Source of the DNA: Octopus sinensis
Taxonomy: Eukaryota
NCBI RefSeq assembly: GCF_006345805.1
Contig: NC_043022.1
Span: 16,120,001 to 16,184,000, forward strand
Reading direction: 5' to 3'
Length of the DNA: 64,000 bases
Shown here: one piece after another, positions 1 to 11,870 of the stretch
Layout of the letters: each line of letters begins with the position of its first letter
How positions within the stretch are numbered: position 1 is the stretch's first letter
Position numbers and translations under genes: made by a program
The notes under the pieces: model-generated
The model's input: the letters and a program-made list of their open reading frames with translations, nothing else
The model's database searches: none
Told to the model about the DNA's origin: nothing

Positions 1-76
1 ACCTTTGGTATTTGAGTACTATTTTCCCACCTTGCTTTGCATTTATGTGCTCACTCATGTGTATATATATATATAT

Positions 77-112
<36 letters not shown>

Positions 113-448
113 TGAAAGTAAGATAAGTTCAGTATAGATAACATAGAGTAGTACTCAAGTTGATGGTAGTTTAAACTCGAACATCTTCATCAGTGGATGG
201 TGTCTACTCTGCCCTTGAAAAGGGGTGCCAACTTACTTTAACAATTTCATCTGGACTTGTCATTGGACACATTCCTATGACAACATACACACATTACATA
301 TGAGTATGGTTAATATATAAGGTATGGACATTTTGAAACAACTGTAGAGACAAGACTTTACATAACGTTTTCTTTATTTTGTGATGTGTATTTTATGTTG
401 TATGTAAATATATGTCTCAAGTTTCTTTATCCCCCCCCTCTCTCTCTA

Positions 449-814
449 TACTCTTTTACTTATTTCAGTCATTTGACTGCGGCCATGCTGGAGCACTGCC
501 TTTAATCGAGCAACTCGACCCCGGGACTTATTCTTTTGTAAGCCCAGTACTTATTCTTTCGGTCTCTTTTGCCGAACCGCTAAGTAACGGAGACATAAAC
601 ACACCAGCATCGGTTGTCAAGCGATGTTGTAGGGACAAACACAGACACACAAACACATACGACAGGCTACTTTCAGTTTCCGTCTACCAAATCCACTCAC
701 AAGGCTTTGGTCGGCCCGAGGCTATACTAGAAGACACTTGCCGAATGTGCCACGCAGTGGGACTGAACCCGGAACCATGTGGTTGGTAAACAAGCTACTT
801 ACCACACAGCCACT
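449..814 (-). mobile_element. Full-length tRNA-derived SINE, family A (resembles octopus OR1/OR2 CORE-type SINEs)
   Basis: The minus strand reads a tRNA-like head (TGGCTGTGTGGTAAG...GGTTCCGGGTTCAGTCCC), then GGCAAGTGTCTTCTA, a body, and an (AAAAGAGT)-type tail. It is closely similar to the copies at 21761 and 35650. The family name is from memory. Confidence 0.9.
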
Positions 815-1274
815 AAAATTCCTGCACAAGGTATATGGTGACAGGCACTCTTTCATGCTCAATGTTTCATTGTGTTATTGAACCCAAAACCATGGAGTAA
901 AGTTGTGGAATTCTCAACCACACAGTCATGCCTGTTCTGTAAACTGATGGTTCATAAATATCCATTACAAATTTCCAAAGCTTCTCTCTACTTTCCTTGA
1001 TCCCTCTAACATCTTTATCCAGTTATTTCATTGTCATTAACAGTTTTGCTCTGCAAACAAATCCGATAATAGGTTCATATTGTTTACAATGATTCAATTG
1101 GTTTGTCATCCACAAGCACAAAGAACATATTTCAGTTTGGAAAAGATAGAAGCGTGAGGTGTGTTATATATGCGTATGTGACGGCAATGATGTTACTGCT
1201 ATTAGCTGTGGTGGTCATGATGGATTCAGTTTTCCAGCTGCTCCTTCAAACAAGGATTTGTTGATTACGATCAG

Positions 1275-1540
1275 CATCATCATCATCATCGTTTAACGTT
1301 CGTTCTCCATGCTAGCATGGGTTGGATGGTTCGACCGGGGATCTGGGAAGCCAGAAGGCTGCACTAGGCTCCAGTCTGATCTGGCAGTGTTTCTACAGCT
1401 GGATGCCCTTCCTAACGCCAACCACTCCGTGAGTGTAGTAGGTGCTTTTTACGTGCCACCTGCACTGGTGCCAGGCGAGGCTGGCATCGGCCACGGTCGG
1501 ATTGGTGCATTTTACGTGCCACCGGCACGGAAGCCAGTCG
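1275..1540 (-). mobile_element. 5'-truncated RTE LINE 3' end with (ATG)n tail
   Basis: Same sequence as the 3' UTR that follows the RTE ORF relic at 63540-63965; (CAT)n on the plus strand; two GTGCC-N3-GGCAC units. Confidence 0.85.
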
Positions 1541-1676
1541 ACATGAGGCAGCAAAATTCACAAACTAGTCAATTGTTAACTGTTTTAAAGTTAGGTGTGT
1601 TAATTGTTTTATTCTTATGATAAGTATTTTAGGTTACATATCTGGGTCTATATTTCTGCTCAATATATCTTAATAT

Positions 1677-1970
1677 CACGTGATCACGTGACCGACCAGT
1701 CCATCAGATGTAGTTACACATCACTGGTCACAATGCGTTCGCATTGTTTTAGCCTTCGAACGACACCACCCCACTGGCTAAGTGAGCAGGCCAACAGAAG
1801 AAAGAGTGGTGAAAGAGTACAGCAGGGATCACCACCATCCCCTGCCGGAGCCTCGTGGAGCTTTTAGGTGTTTTCGCTCAATAAACACACACAACGCCCG
1901 GTCTGGGAATCAAAACCGCGATCCTACGACCGTGAGTCCGCTGCCCTAACCACTGGGCCATTGTGCCTCC
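1677..1970 (-). mobile_element. Full-length tRNA-derived SINE, family B, with 12-bp TSD
   Basis: Head GGCCCAGTGGTTAGGGC...GGTTTTGATTCCC. Flanked by the direct repeat ATATCTTAATAT at 1665-1676 and 1971-1982. CpGs are retained, so the copy is probably young. Confidence 0.9.
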
Positions 1971-2110
1971 ATATCTTAATATATATTTCCATTATATTCT
2001 CCTGTGTGCTACAAATGTTATCTCACTAAAATTTACTGAAATGCCTGTTACAAATTTTGTACCTGTCACACATAAAAATATACCAAACAATATATTCTTC
2101 AAGAAACTGT

Positions 2111-2805
2111 ACAAGGCATGGTTGTGGGGTAAGAAGTTTGCTTCCCAACTGCATGGTTCTGGGTTCAGTCCCATTGTGTGACACCTTGAGTGACTGTCTT
2201 CTGCTATAGCCTTTGGCCAACCAAAGCCTTGTGAGTGGATCTGGTAGATGGAAACTGAAAGAAGCCTGTTGTGTGTGCATGTATGTTCTTGTCAGTATTT
2301 AGTTAGTTAATTATTTGGCTCAAAAAGCAAAAAGCAAGGCCATGTAGGGGGACATTGAGTTATGTACAGGGTGGTGTTCATGCAAAGAGTTCAGGCCATT
2401 TGTGGTCAAGGGAGACTTTGAACCGAGCGGTCGTCGGCATCTTCACCATCTCGTCCGGCAGCTTATTCCACGGATCCGCAACCCGGATGGAGAAAGCCCC
2501 TCTCCTTCGATTGAGATGAAATCGTCGCAGATAGAGCTTTTCAGAGTGACCCCGCAGCCGATGCTCTGGAGCAGGAGTGTAGAACAGCTCTTTCGAGGGG
2601 TTACACTTTCTGCTTATGATGTTGTGAGCACACTGGTCTTGGTGTGTTTATGTCCCCTAAAATTTAGCAGTTTGGCAAAAGATACTGATAGAATAAGCAC
2701 CAAGCTTAAAATTAGTACTTTGGGTCAGTTTGTTTGACTAAAGTTCTTGAAGGTAGTGCCCCAGCATGGCTGCTGTCTTATGACCGAAGCAAGTAAAAGA
2801 AATAA
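2111..2805 (+). mobile_element. Family A SINE split by a CR1 insertion
   Basis: Head at 2111-2280; body and tail resume at about 2610-2805. Confidence 0.8.
2296..2600 (-). mobile_element. CR1-clade LINE 3' end (ORF2 C-terminus, frame still open)
   Basis: 2599-2378 translates without a stop as PSKELFYTPAPEHRLRGHSEKLYLRRFHLNRRRGAFSIRVADPWNKLPDEMVKMPTTARFKVSLDHKWPELFA*. This matches the CR1 RGH..KL / FS.RV...WN.LP / FK..LD motifs. Confidence 0.9.
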
Positions 2806-3099
2806 ATAAAATTATACACACAAAATTTGTGCACATTCACGTGTGTATTTAATTAAGTAGAAGCAACACTTCCATGCATAAGTGCGTATATTTAAAATAG
2901 TGTGGTCATACATTTCCATTATCATTTCACAATTCATTTTCATCATCCATATAATCATTGTCAGTTTTTAAATGTTAATTATTATTTTTCTATGATGGCA
3001 TTGATTGGATAGACCTAATTAAAGCTTCACTTCAAGCAGCTTGATCTTATATCTTCTCAAACGGGAGGTCAAAATTTATCAGATCTCATCTAATTAATT

Positions 3100-3295
3100 A
3101 ATACACTGACTCTCAGACAAGAGAAGCCCTATACAGTCTCTTGACTTGCTTGAGATGATAGTCAAATTGACCAGAAATCACACCATTGTACAATGTAGTC
3201 TCTGACATACAAGATGATGGGATGGCTATAACTGGAATGTCTTTTATCATTGGTCTGCTTGATCAGAGCTGACCTTGGGCTAAACAGAACAACAG
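3100..3295 (+). repeat. Unclassified interspersed repeat (TCTTGACTTGCT...GGGCTAAACAACAAC family)
   Basis: Related copies at 44745-44950 (-) and 53965-54325 (+, two tandem copies). Confidence 0.55.
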
Positions 3296-4295
3296 CAATG
3301 ACTAATTCAGTCTGATGTACCAGACTGTTGTATTACACCTTTATTTTAGTGTCTCAGCTGAATGCTTCTGCCATTGTATTTCACTAAGCCCTTCTTAAAT
3401 GTTTACACTACACTTTGAGCCCAAACTATATTCGTTACTCTTCAATAACAATATTTTCATTGAATATCCTATATTTTACATTCTTTTAGAAAGATTTTTA
3501 TCAAAAGCTGTTTTATCAAAAGCAGTAAGAACTATTACACTTTCGTATTTTATTAGTTATCAGTTATTCATTATTGTTGTTGTTATTGTCAAACTATTGA
3601 AAAAATTCTGATAAAATATCTTTTATCTGAAAGATCACTGGGAGACAAAACATGAAAAGTATATCGATTCCCGTATTAAGCAATGAATATAGTATTTTAT
3701 TGTTTCACTGCCAAACATAAGTTGTCATCAAATATTTTTTGTTATGTATACAGTTTTCTAGTCTTTTCAAAACAGACAATGAAAAAAAATTTTTTTGTAG
3801 TCTTTCAAAATTATAAGTTATCAAAGTAATATACCTCCATATATATGTTTTTTGTGTCATTAATTATTTGTTTAATTATCTGTGTACTTATTGTACTTAT
3901 TTTGTTCATTACAGACAAACCTAATTCATTTTGTTTTGTTCCTCATTTGACCCTTCAGGGTATTAATTACCAACAAAGTAGTTAACTGTTTCACATCTTT
4001 CTGTGATTTTTCTACTGTTACACCCTTTTTACTTTATCTGGACCTATATTTACACTTAATTGCTGTCTCAACCCTTTTTTCTTCCTTACAAATAGTACCT
4101 GGGTATATATGATTAACCATTTTTGTCAGATTAGTAACCTTATGTTAAGAGTTGGAAATTTTAAAATATTTGCATCTAAACTACATTTTAAATGCTTTGA
4201 TATTGGATTTTTATCAGGTGTTTTATTCCTGGATGTGTATATAATATGAGACTGAATTTGAACTCAAAACTTTTATTTCTAAATTAAATGTGTGA

Positions 4296-4685
4296 GCACA
4301 GGCATGGCTGTGTGGTAAGAAGTTTGTTTCCCAACCACATGGTTCCAGGTTCAGTCCCACAGCATGGCACCTCGAGCAAGTGTAGCTACTATAGCCTTGG
4401 ACTGACCAAAGCCTTGTGAGTGGATTTAGCAGGTGGAAACTGAAAGATGCCCATCATATATGAATGCGTGTGTCATTGTGTCTGTTTGTCCCCTACCACT
4501 GCTTGATAACTAGCGTTGGTTTGTTTACATCCCCCATATCTTCACAGTTTGGCAAAACAGACTGTTATAATAATAAGTACCATGCTTTAAAAAAGAAAAA
4601 GTACAGGGGTTGATTCATTTGATTAAAAATTCTCCAGGGCAGAGCCCCAGCATGGCCACAGTCTAATGACTGAAACAAGTAAAAG
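4296..4685 (+). mobile_element. Family A SINE
   Basis: Head, body and GACTGAAACAAGTAAAAG tail are all present. Confidence 0.85.
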
Positions 4686-6250
4686 GTATGTTCATGCATC
4701 AGTGTCCTAGTGGATAAGAATGTTACTACTCTCAGTTGGAATCTAATGCTGTACTATGGACCCTACTAGTTATAAGACCCCTGAAGTCAGATATCCAACT
4801 AATTGGAAAATAGTGTAGATGTTAGTACCAAAAAAAAAAAAAATTCATCTCTAAAAATACTAATTTTTTTGTGTAAACATCTATAATTTTTTGATATTTG
4901 CTTGGTTTATTGGAGTAAATGTTTGCTAGCTATAATACAAACCATTCAATCACAAAATGGAAGTTAATATTAATTTGTGTTTGGACATGACTAAACTTAC
5001 AACCTTTTCATTCTTTTAATATTTTCAAAACATTAGCCTCTTCAATCCTATTTTTGCTAGGCTCATTGCTAGCAGAGATTTTTAGTTTCTGTTTATAGCT
5101 ATTTTCATATTGTTGAAGACAGCGGAGATCTCGAAAAGACTCAATTACATACTACTATATCTTCTATAAATCTTTAGATATTTTAGAAGTCCACCTTCCT
5201 TTTTATTGTATATATATATATATGTGTGTGTGTGTATCATAACTAGTAACTATATGTATATATATATATATAGAGAGAGAGAGATAAGATGAAAAAACAC
5301 AGAAGATTTGTTTTACAGGATTTAAGAGTGTATTAGAGCCATGATAAAGATATACAATTTTGTACAAAATAAGGTTTTGTTCTTAGAACATAATTGAAGT
5401 AAGGACCAGTTTTGCATTGCTCATCAAACTGAGAGTTGAAAGAGATAAATTGCTAGGGGAATATATATATATATATATAGGCAAGGAAAAATTATAAAAA
5501 GGCAGAATGCTAAATTGAAGGTAAATTTTAATGAAAATGGGTGTATGGAAAATTAAAAAAGAAATTTTTTTTTTAAAGATATTAACTGTAACCGATTTTC
5601 GTTGCAATGTGACTTTTCAAGAATTGTAAGGTGAAAAATTTTTTTTTATAATTGAGGAGGGGGAAAAAAGAAAATTATATTGATTTTTGCAAAAAAATAA
5701 TAAACATATACAAAAATTAAAGAATAGGTACACCGATACATTGTAAAGTCTTTGTGCATCTCGAATTCAATGATAGTTCTTGGAAAAAATTACCTTGGAG
5801 TGTGATTAAATCCATGTGTTTAATTTAGGATGTCAAAACAGGAAATGGGGTAGGAGTTATCCAGTTCCTGTAAGGGGAGACAACTCTGTGTGGATTTTGT
5901 GCTCTTCAATTGGGATTATCAATTTTTTGTAAGATAGGATGTTAATAAACCTTAAAGTATAAAATTATCATTTTAGCTTCATTTGCATTATCTTTTTTTA
6001 TATAATTGTTTGCTAACTTAGCACTCAGATTTTAACACTTTATTTATATTGTTTTCTAATTATATAAATTTACATAAACCAATATATAATTTTGTTTCAG
6101 ATTGTTATGTCATATATAATAAAAATAATATTAATAATAATAATAATAAATAAAGAATATAATTTTTAGCTTGAAGTGATAACTGCATGATATCCTTATA
6201 TATTTATATTAGTCCATCCTTGAAGAAAGAGGTAGAAAAAAGAAGTATGA

Positions 6251-6525
6251 TCAATGTGGTGTTTGCATATTAAGATGCGTTTTGAATTTTTCAATAAAAA
6301 GATTCTCCTTGTTAATTCTTTCTTGTGTAGTGATTCCGTCTTTACATTGGTAGAAGGGGAATATGTAAAATTTGGGAGTTTTGTCTTTAGCGCACGAGTC
6401 TATGTGGCTACTTAGTGGAATTTGACAGTATTCTGGGAGATTTATTTCTTCTTTATGGACCGCTACTCTTTTACGTAAAGGGAGGCTCGTTTGTCCAACA
6501 TAATCATGACAACTTGCTTGCCTAG
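6251..6525 (-). pseudogene. Penelope-like retroelement GIY-YIG endonuclease relic
   Basis: ORF contains CHDYVGQTSLPLRKRVAVHKEEI...LSSHI...FYIFPFY...ERINKENLFIEKFKTHLN, i.e. the YVGQT, R..H and E..FI...LN motifs of PLE endonucleases. The first GIY motif is lost. Confidence 0.85.
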
Positions 6526-8053
6526 CCAGTGGGTTGACTGGCACTCTATTAGTTATGACAGTGAGGGTTCCATTTGATTCGATCAATGGAACAGCTTCCT
6601 CATGTAATTAATGTACAATTAGCTGAGCATTACACACATGTACCCTTAACGAAGTTGTCAGAGAAACTGCATGACACAGAATGTGACAAAGATGGCCTTT
6701 TGAATTACAGGTACAACCAGCCAGTGGGTTGACATCATTTGAAAGCTAAAATAATGGAAAGCGCATTGTGACCAGCAATGTACAAAAACTTCTTATAGTC
6801 TGGTTGATCATGGGATATATCATAACAAGTAACATCATTATACGGGACGAAAATAATCTACATAGAGCTCTAAATTTAGCAGTAGCAATCATGCATCTAT
6901 TTGCAACATATATAATATCACTGCAGATTGACTTGGGCTAATTTTTGTTCATTCCTCTGAAGAATGTGTTAATTCCTTGCAGGTTTTCTTTTAACTGTAT
7001 CTAGACATCACATGCAGAAACAGTTTTTAGAATTTATTTGGACAAATAGCCATATTATCATGTAACATAATCATTTCAATTGTTGGAATCATGTCATAGA
7101 TTTTGATTTTATATATTGTGAAGAACAAGTCTGCTTGTTAGAGTCAGTCTCTCATCAGTGATTAATCTATGTTAACGTAAGGAAAGACAACAACTGTAGT
7201 ATCTCCAATTGGGAAGAGAAATTTGCCTCAGGAATTTTAACATTATTCTGCTGTGCATAAAACATTAATAGTCTTGCATTATCGAACAAGATTATTCTTT
7301 AGGCAATGTCCAGTGGCTTAAACTTTGATTTGAAGTAATATGAGAGATAGTGAAGAAGCCTGATAATTTTAATAGTGGGGAAGTATTAAGTGTAGTATTT
7401 TTGCCATTAAAATGTAAGATATTAGTAACAAATTGTGAAATGATTTTCACTGGAAATTGAAATCTTGGCTTGCTTGAGGGAATGAAGAGAAAGCCAGCTG
7501 TTACCTGCAAAAGAACATATACCATGCTTTTGCTAATTGTATCAGATGTTCATAGAGTCATGAGCAGTCATAGATACCCTCTTGACTCTTGAGAGAGAGA
7601 GAGAGAGCTCTGCACCAGCACTTTATAAGTTAGGTAGACTAGAACAACGTGAAATAAAGTGCCTTACACAAGGACACAATATGCTGCTCAGTTCAGGAAT
7701 TGAACCAATGACATTAATGATCATGAGCCAAACACCTTAACCACAGCGCCATGCACTTCACTGCTTCAGAGAATAACAACACTAAAATTGCTGGTGAAGG
7801 TTTGACATATTCTAAGATTATCTGCAATTATAACAGTCCATTGCCATTCAGTGAATAATAAATCTTCATAGCTTTGACTAGAACTATACTGTAATGGTCA
7901 AAAATGTTAAGAACAATGTTTCTGAAATAGCAATTATAGCATATATTTTTGGTAAGAAGATAAATTTGATGAAGATCAAATTACATTTTGTTATAGCTGT
8001 ATACAATGGGTCTCCATTTCTAATTGGCATCTTTTATTTATATGCACACTCAC

Positions 8054-8054
<1 letters not shown>

Positions 8055-8111
<57 letters not shown>

Positions 8112-8112
8112 T

Positions 8113-8143
<31 letters not shown>

Positions 8144-8148
8144 TACAT

Positions 8149-8185
<37 letters not shown>

Positions 8186-8250
8186 TTCACACAAGCATAA
8201 ATGTGCAGACACACACATACACAAGTGCACAAACACACACACAGAGACAC
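8055..8250. repeat. Compound microsatellite (CT)n-(ATAC)n-(CA)n
   Basis: Directly visible; explains ORFs 7894-8328, 8050-8256 and 8054-8254. Confidence 0.95.
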
Positions 8251-8619
8251 ACACATTTAGATACAGTCATTGTATCAACTTACTACAAACATTTTATTAA
8301 TTTGAAGAAAATTTTAAAATTACAGTAATGATTGATTAGAATTTGAAAGCTGAATTAGCAGTTATTGATCAATTAACTTGCAGGCAAGATAAGATTGATG
8401 GCACAAACACAAACACACAGCCGATACAATGTCATTTAGTCGTGCATTCTACTCATTTATGAGTGAAATTTTTATGATGTTTGTTAGTTAAAAATTAAGA
8501 ACTCTACTGATTGATGCTTTTAATATCCAAGCAGTATCAATTGCTTTACAAAAGACCCTATTTCTTTCATCTTTTCTTATTAAGTATATGTAGCTGTGAA
8601 ATTTTAATCGTTTTCATTT

Positions 8620-8940
8620 TGTTTATTACTATCATTATTGCCGCTGTCATATTTATCCTAATTGCTATTCCAATCATTATTGGTATCACCATCATCATTA
8701 GTACTATGGTCATTGCTATTATCATTATCACTGAGATCATTGTGATTATCATTATCAGCATTACTATTATCATTATCATCATTGCTATTCCAATCATTAT
8801 TGGTATCACCATCATCATTAGTACTATGGTCATTGCTATTATCATTATCACTGTGATCATTGTGATTATCATTATCAGCATTACTATTATCATTATCATC
8901 ATTGCTATTATCATTATGATTATCATCATTGCTGTTAGAA
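8620..8940. repeat. Degenerate (ATC/ATT)n array containing a 120-bp tandem duplication
   Basis: 8661-8789 equals 8781-8909 apart from one A/T difference. Confidence 0.9.
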
Positions 8941-9260
8941 TAGTACAGTTTTTGTGAATCATGGTTTCATATATATATAAATGTTTTAAATATTGTTTTT
9001 TTAAACCAAAACATTGCAAGTTAAAAAAAATAGAAATACATTTCAATGGTTAATACTATTACTTAGTATTTCAAACTTATGACCCCTGCTTCAGGAAATT
9101 TACAGGGGGAAAAGGTGTTGGTAGGCAATTTCTTGGCTCTGATCATTGCTATTGTCACTATCATTATCATCATTGCTGTTATCATTATAACTATCGTTAC
9201 TATTATCACTATGATCATTGCTTTTACCATTATCACTGTCATTATTACTATTATCATTAA

Positions 9261-9700
9261 GGCAGCAAGCTGGCAGAATCATTAGTACAATTAGGCAAAA
9301 TGCTAAGTAGTATTTCATCTGCCGCTATGTTCTGAATTCCACTAAGGTCGACTTTGCATTTCATCCTTTTGGGGTCGATTAAATAAGTACCAGTTACGCA
9401 CTGGAGTTGATGTAATCGACTTAATCCCCTCCCCCAAGCTGCCCTTGTGGCAAAAATTTGAAATCATTATTACTATTATCATTAAGGTTGTGAGCTGGCA
9501 GAATCATTAGCACACCAGGCAAAATGCTTAGTGGTATTTTGCCAATCACTATGTTCTGAGTTCAAATTCTGTCATGGTCGACTGCCTTTCATCCTTTTGG
9601 GGTCGATAAATTAAGTATCAGTCAAGTACTTGGGTCAATGTAATTGACCAGTCCCCTCCCCCAAAATTACAGGCCTTGTGCCTTTAGTAGAAAGGATTAT
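9261..9700 (+). mobile_element. Two head-to-tail family C SINEs
   Basis: Each has GAGCTGGCAGAATC (A-box-like), GAGTTCAAATTC-type B-box and GTCGACTTTGCCTTTCATCCTTTTGGGGTCGAT core; separated by an (ATT)n tail. Confidence 0.85.
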
Positions 9701-11136
9701 TACTGTTATCATCAATGCTATTATCACCACTTTTGGTTTTATAAACTCATAAGACCACAATCTGCTGTTTTCAGTTCAAGATCTCTTTTAACAAACTGTT
9801 TTCTTTTTATTCTGCACTTCTTTTTGCAAAATCTAGTTTCAAAGTCAATTTTCTATAGTCAGTCAACCTCTTCAGTAAAACTGCAAAATTTCTTTCAACA
9901 AACCCCCTGCCTACTTTACAATGGGGGATTGCAGTTTTTTAAAACTTTTCAGCATCATACTCACATTTATGTTCAGAGCTAGAAGAATAAACATTTGATT
10001 AAACAAAAGTATTTACCTTCTGCTTTTGTGCCTTTGATAAGTCAGTCAAGCCAGAGCAGACCAAGGCTACACAATAACAACAACTTTGATTTGTTGTCAA
10101 TTAGATTCACTCCAAACTGAGTTTGTGTATGTTGCTAAAAATTTATGCCATTCTTTTCAGTAACTTTTAGTCATTTTACATTATCAAAACCACAAACAGT
10201 ATTATCATGAGACAGTGAAAGTTCAATTTATATTACAATTGTGTTGAAGAGAGAAAGCCTGTATTTTAAAGTTATTTACCGTTTTTCATATCTATTCTAT
10301 CTATATTTTCACTAGTAACATATTAGGTTTGTTTTTTTTTGTTAATTTCTTTCATCTCTGAGAGAATTCTTTTAACATTTTTGATAGTTTCCATTAAAGA
10401 AAAACAATAACAACAGTTCTTTAGTATTTTTTTTTTTCTTCTTTATCTAGAGCCATTTACTACTTCGATGGCTATGATATGCCAGTTACGTTAACTACAC
10501 CATATTGTTTTTCACCCAGTTTTACGATATAGATTCTTGTTGTTAGAGTTGTAGTGGTTGTTTTTGTTTCTAAATTCACACACGCTTGTTTTCAAAGATT
10601 TTCTATCTGGTGTAATTCTGAGAAAGAAACACATACAAAGTAGATTAATCTATTATTAATCAATATGGTCTAAACACCGTGGTTGATCTTATGGATTCCC
10701 AATTATCCTCTTAGCCTTTTGAGTAGTTTTATTGACATGTGCCACTTTAAGATAATAACATACACTACTGCTCACTTGATAGACTTCAGAGAGAGAAGAA
10801 ATATTTTCTTATGTATGTATATTTAATATGTGAACATTGTAAGAAAACAATCTTGTAAATTTGTAACAACAAATAAAATATGTTCATTTTGTATTCCATT
10901 TGATGTGCAAGTACAGATCTCTAGTTTCTGACGTCTCCTGTTCATATTTCTAGTGATTTAGAGTTTGTAGCTTTCTGTTTTCTGAACACATAAAAATGTA
11001 AGCTTGTAGTCATAATCAGAATTAAATATTTATCTCCTGAACAGTTAATGTTTTTGCCAAGAACTTGTAATATCATGTTAAGTCTGACCCCAATACGTGC
11101 AAATATTAGTTCATTTGTAATTGTTCCCATGTTTAA

Positions 11137-11356
11137 CCCTTTAGCGTCCAGATTGCTCTGTCAAATCTAATGCTATTTAATTACATTTGTTTTGAATTAA
11201 TCATGCAATATCTTGCAGCTTTGAGAATTTGATGATGGGATTGTTTATTTTTAGAATAACACTGTTGGGTAGGTGTGAGAGGCTGGATCTAGCTGCTTTG
11301 AACACAATACAGGTAGAATATTTGGGCTGGCTATGGCCAGTTGAAATGCTAATGGG
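11137..11356. mobile_element. TTAA-flanked MITE (piggyBac-type ends), family 1
   Basis: TTAA|CCCTTTAGCGT ... ATGCTAATGGG|TTAA. A second, inverted copy lies at 35420-35596. Confidence 0.8.
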
Positions 11357-11360
11357 TTAA

Positions 11361-11575
11361 GGCAGTGAGCTAGCAGAACCATTAATGTATTGGACAAAAT
11401 GCTCAGCAGCCTTTTTTCTGGCTCTTTACACTCTAAGTTTTTTGCTGACATTGACTTTGCCTTTCATCCTTTTGGGGGTCAGTAAAACAAGTACCAGTTG
11501 AGCACTGAGGTTGATGTAATCAACTGAACCCTCCCTCTGAAATTGCTGGCCTTGTGCCGGAATTTGAAACCATTA
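11361..11575 (+). mobile_element. Family C SINE
   Basis: Starts directly after the MITE's right TTAA; canonical core and CCTTGTGCC...TTTGAAACC tail. Confidence 0.85.
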
Positions 11576-11657
11576 TTTTTCACATTTGTTTGAAACGATT
11601 GGGAAATTTAAGTGTTCATTTACTGAATTGAGCTCTGAATAATTCAAAGGTTGCTAA

Positions 11658-11870
11658 CCCTTTCATGACCATATTCCTGTTGAAATACACTGCCTTTTAT
11701 TTTAATTAATTTTGAAATTAAAGAACCCAATGAAATCACTTTGCAGTTATTAAGCTGGTTTTTGAAACATAACATGAAACTTTAAAGGAAGGCTTTAATT
11801 TAAATCTCTTTAAAACAAGAAGTTTTATCATAGAACCAAGAGTGGTGTCAGGCCAGTGGTATCAAGAGGG
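11658..11870. mobile_element. TTAA-type MITE, family 2
   Basis: CTAA|CCCTTTCATGACC ... GGTATCAAGAGGG|TTAA. Related copies at 24200-24426 (inverted) and 32608-32760. Confidence 0.7.

Noticed and set aside
412-789. 125-aa ORF, and similar ORFs at 21660, 26506, 35776 and 49270
   Set aside because: They lie wholly within family A SINE copies.
1890-1970. tRNA-like sequence (also 23950-24020, 53330-53400, 55892-55970)
   Set aside because: No acceptor-stem pairing, and each continues into a SINE body; these are SINE heads, not tRNA genes.
2402-2737. 111-aa plus-strand ORF
   Set aside because: It is the antisense of the CR1 fragment.
8511-9046. 148-aa poly-Ile and 159-aa Met/Ile ORFs that look like membrane proteins
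   Set aside because: They are translations of a stop-free triplet array.
10700-10990. Possible terminal exon (KQKATNSKSLEI*) with downstream AATAAA on the minus strand
   Set aside because: Very short coding part and no linked upstream exon; such signals are common in AT-rich DNA.
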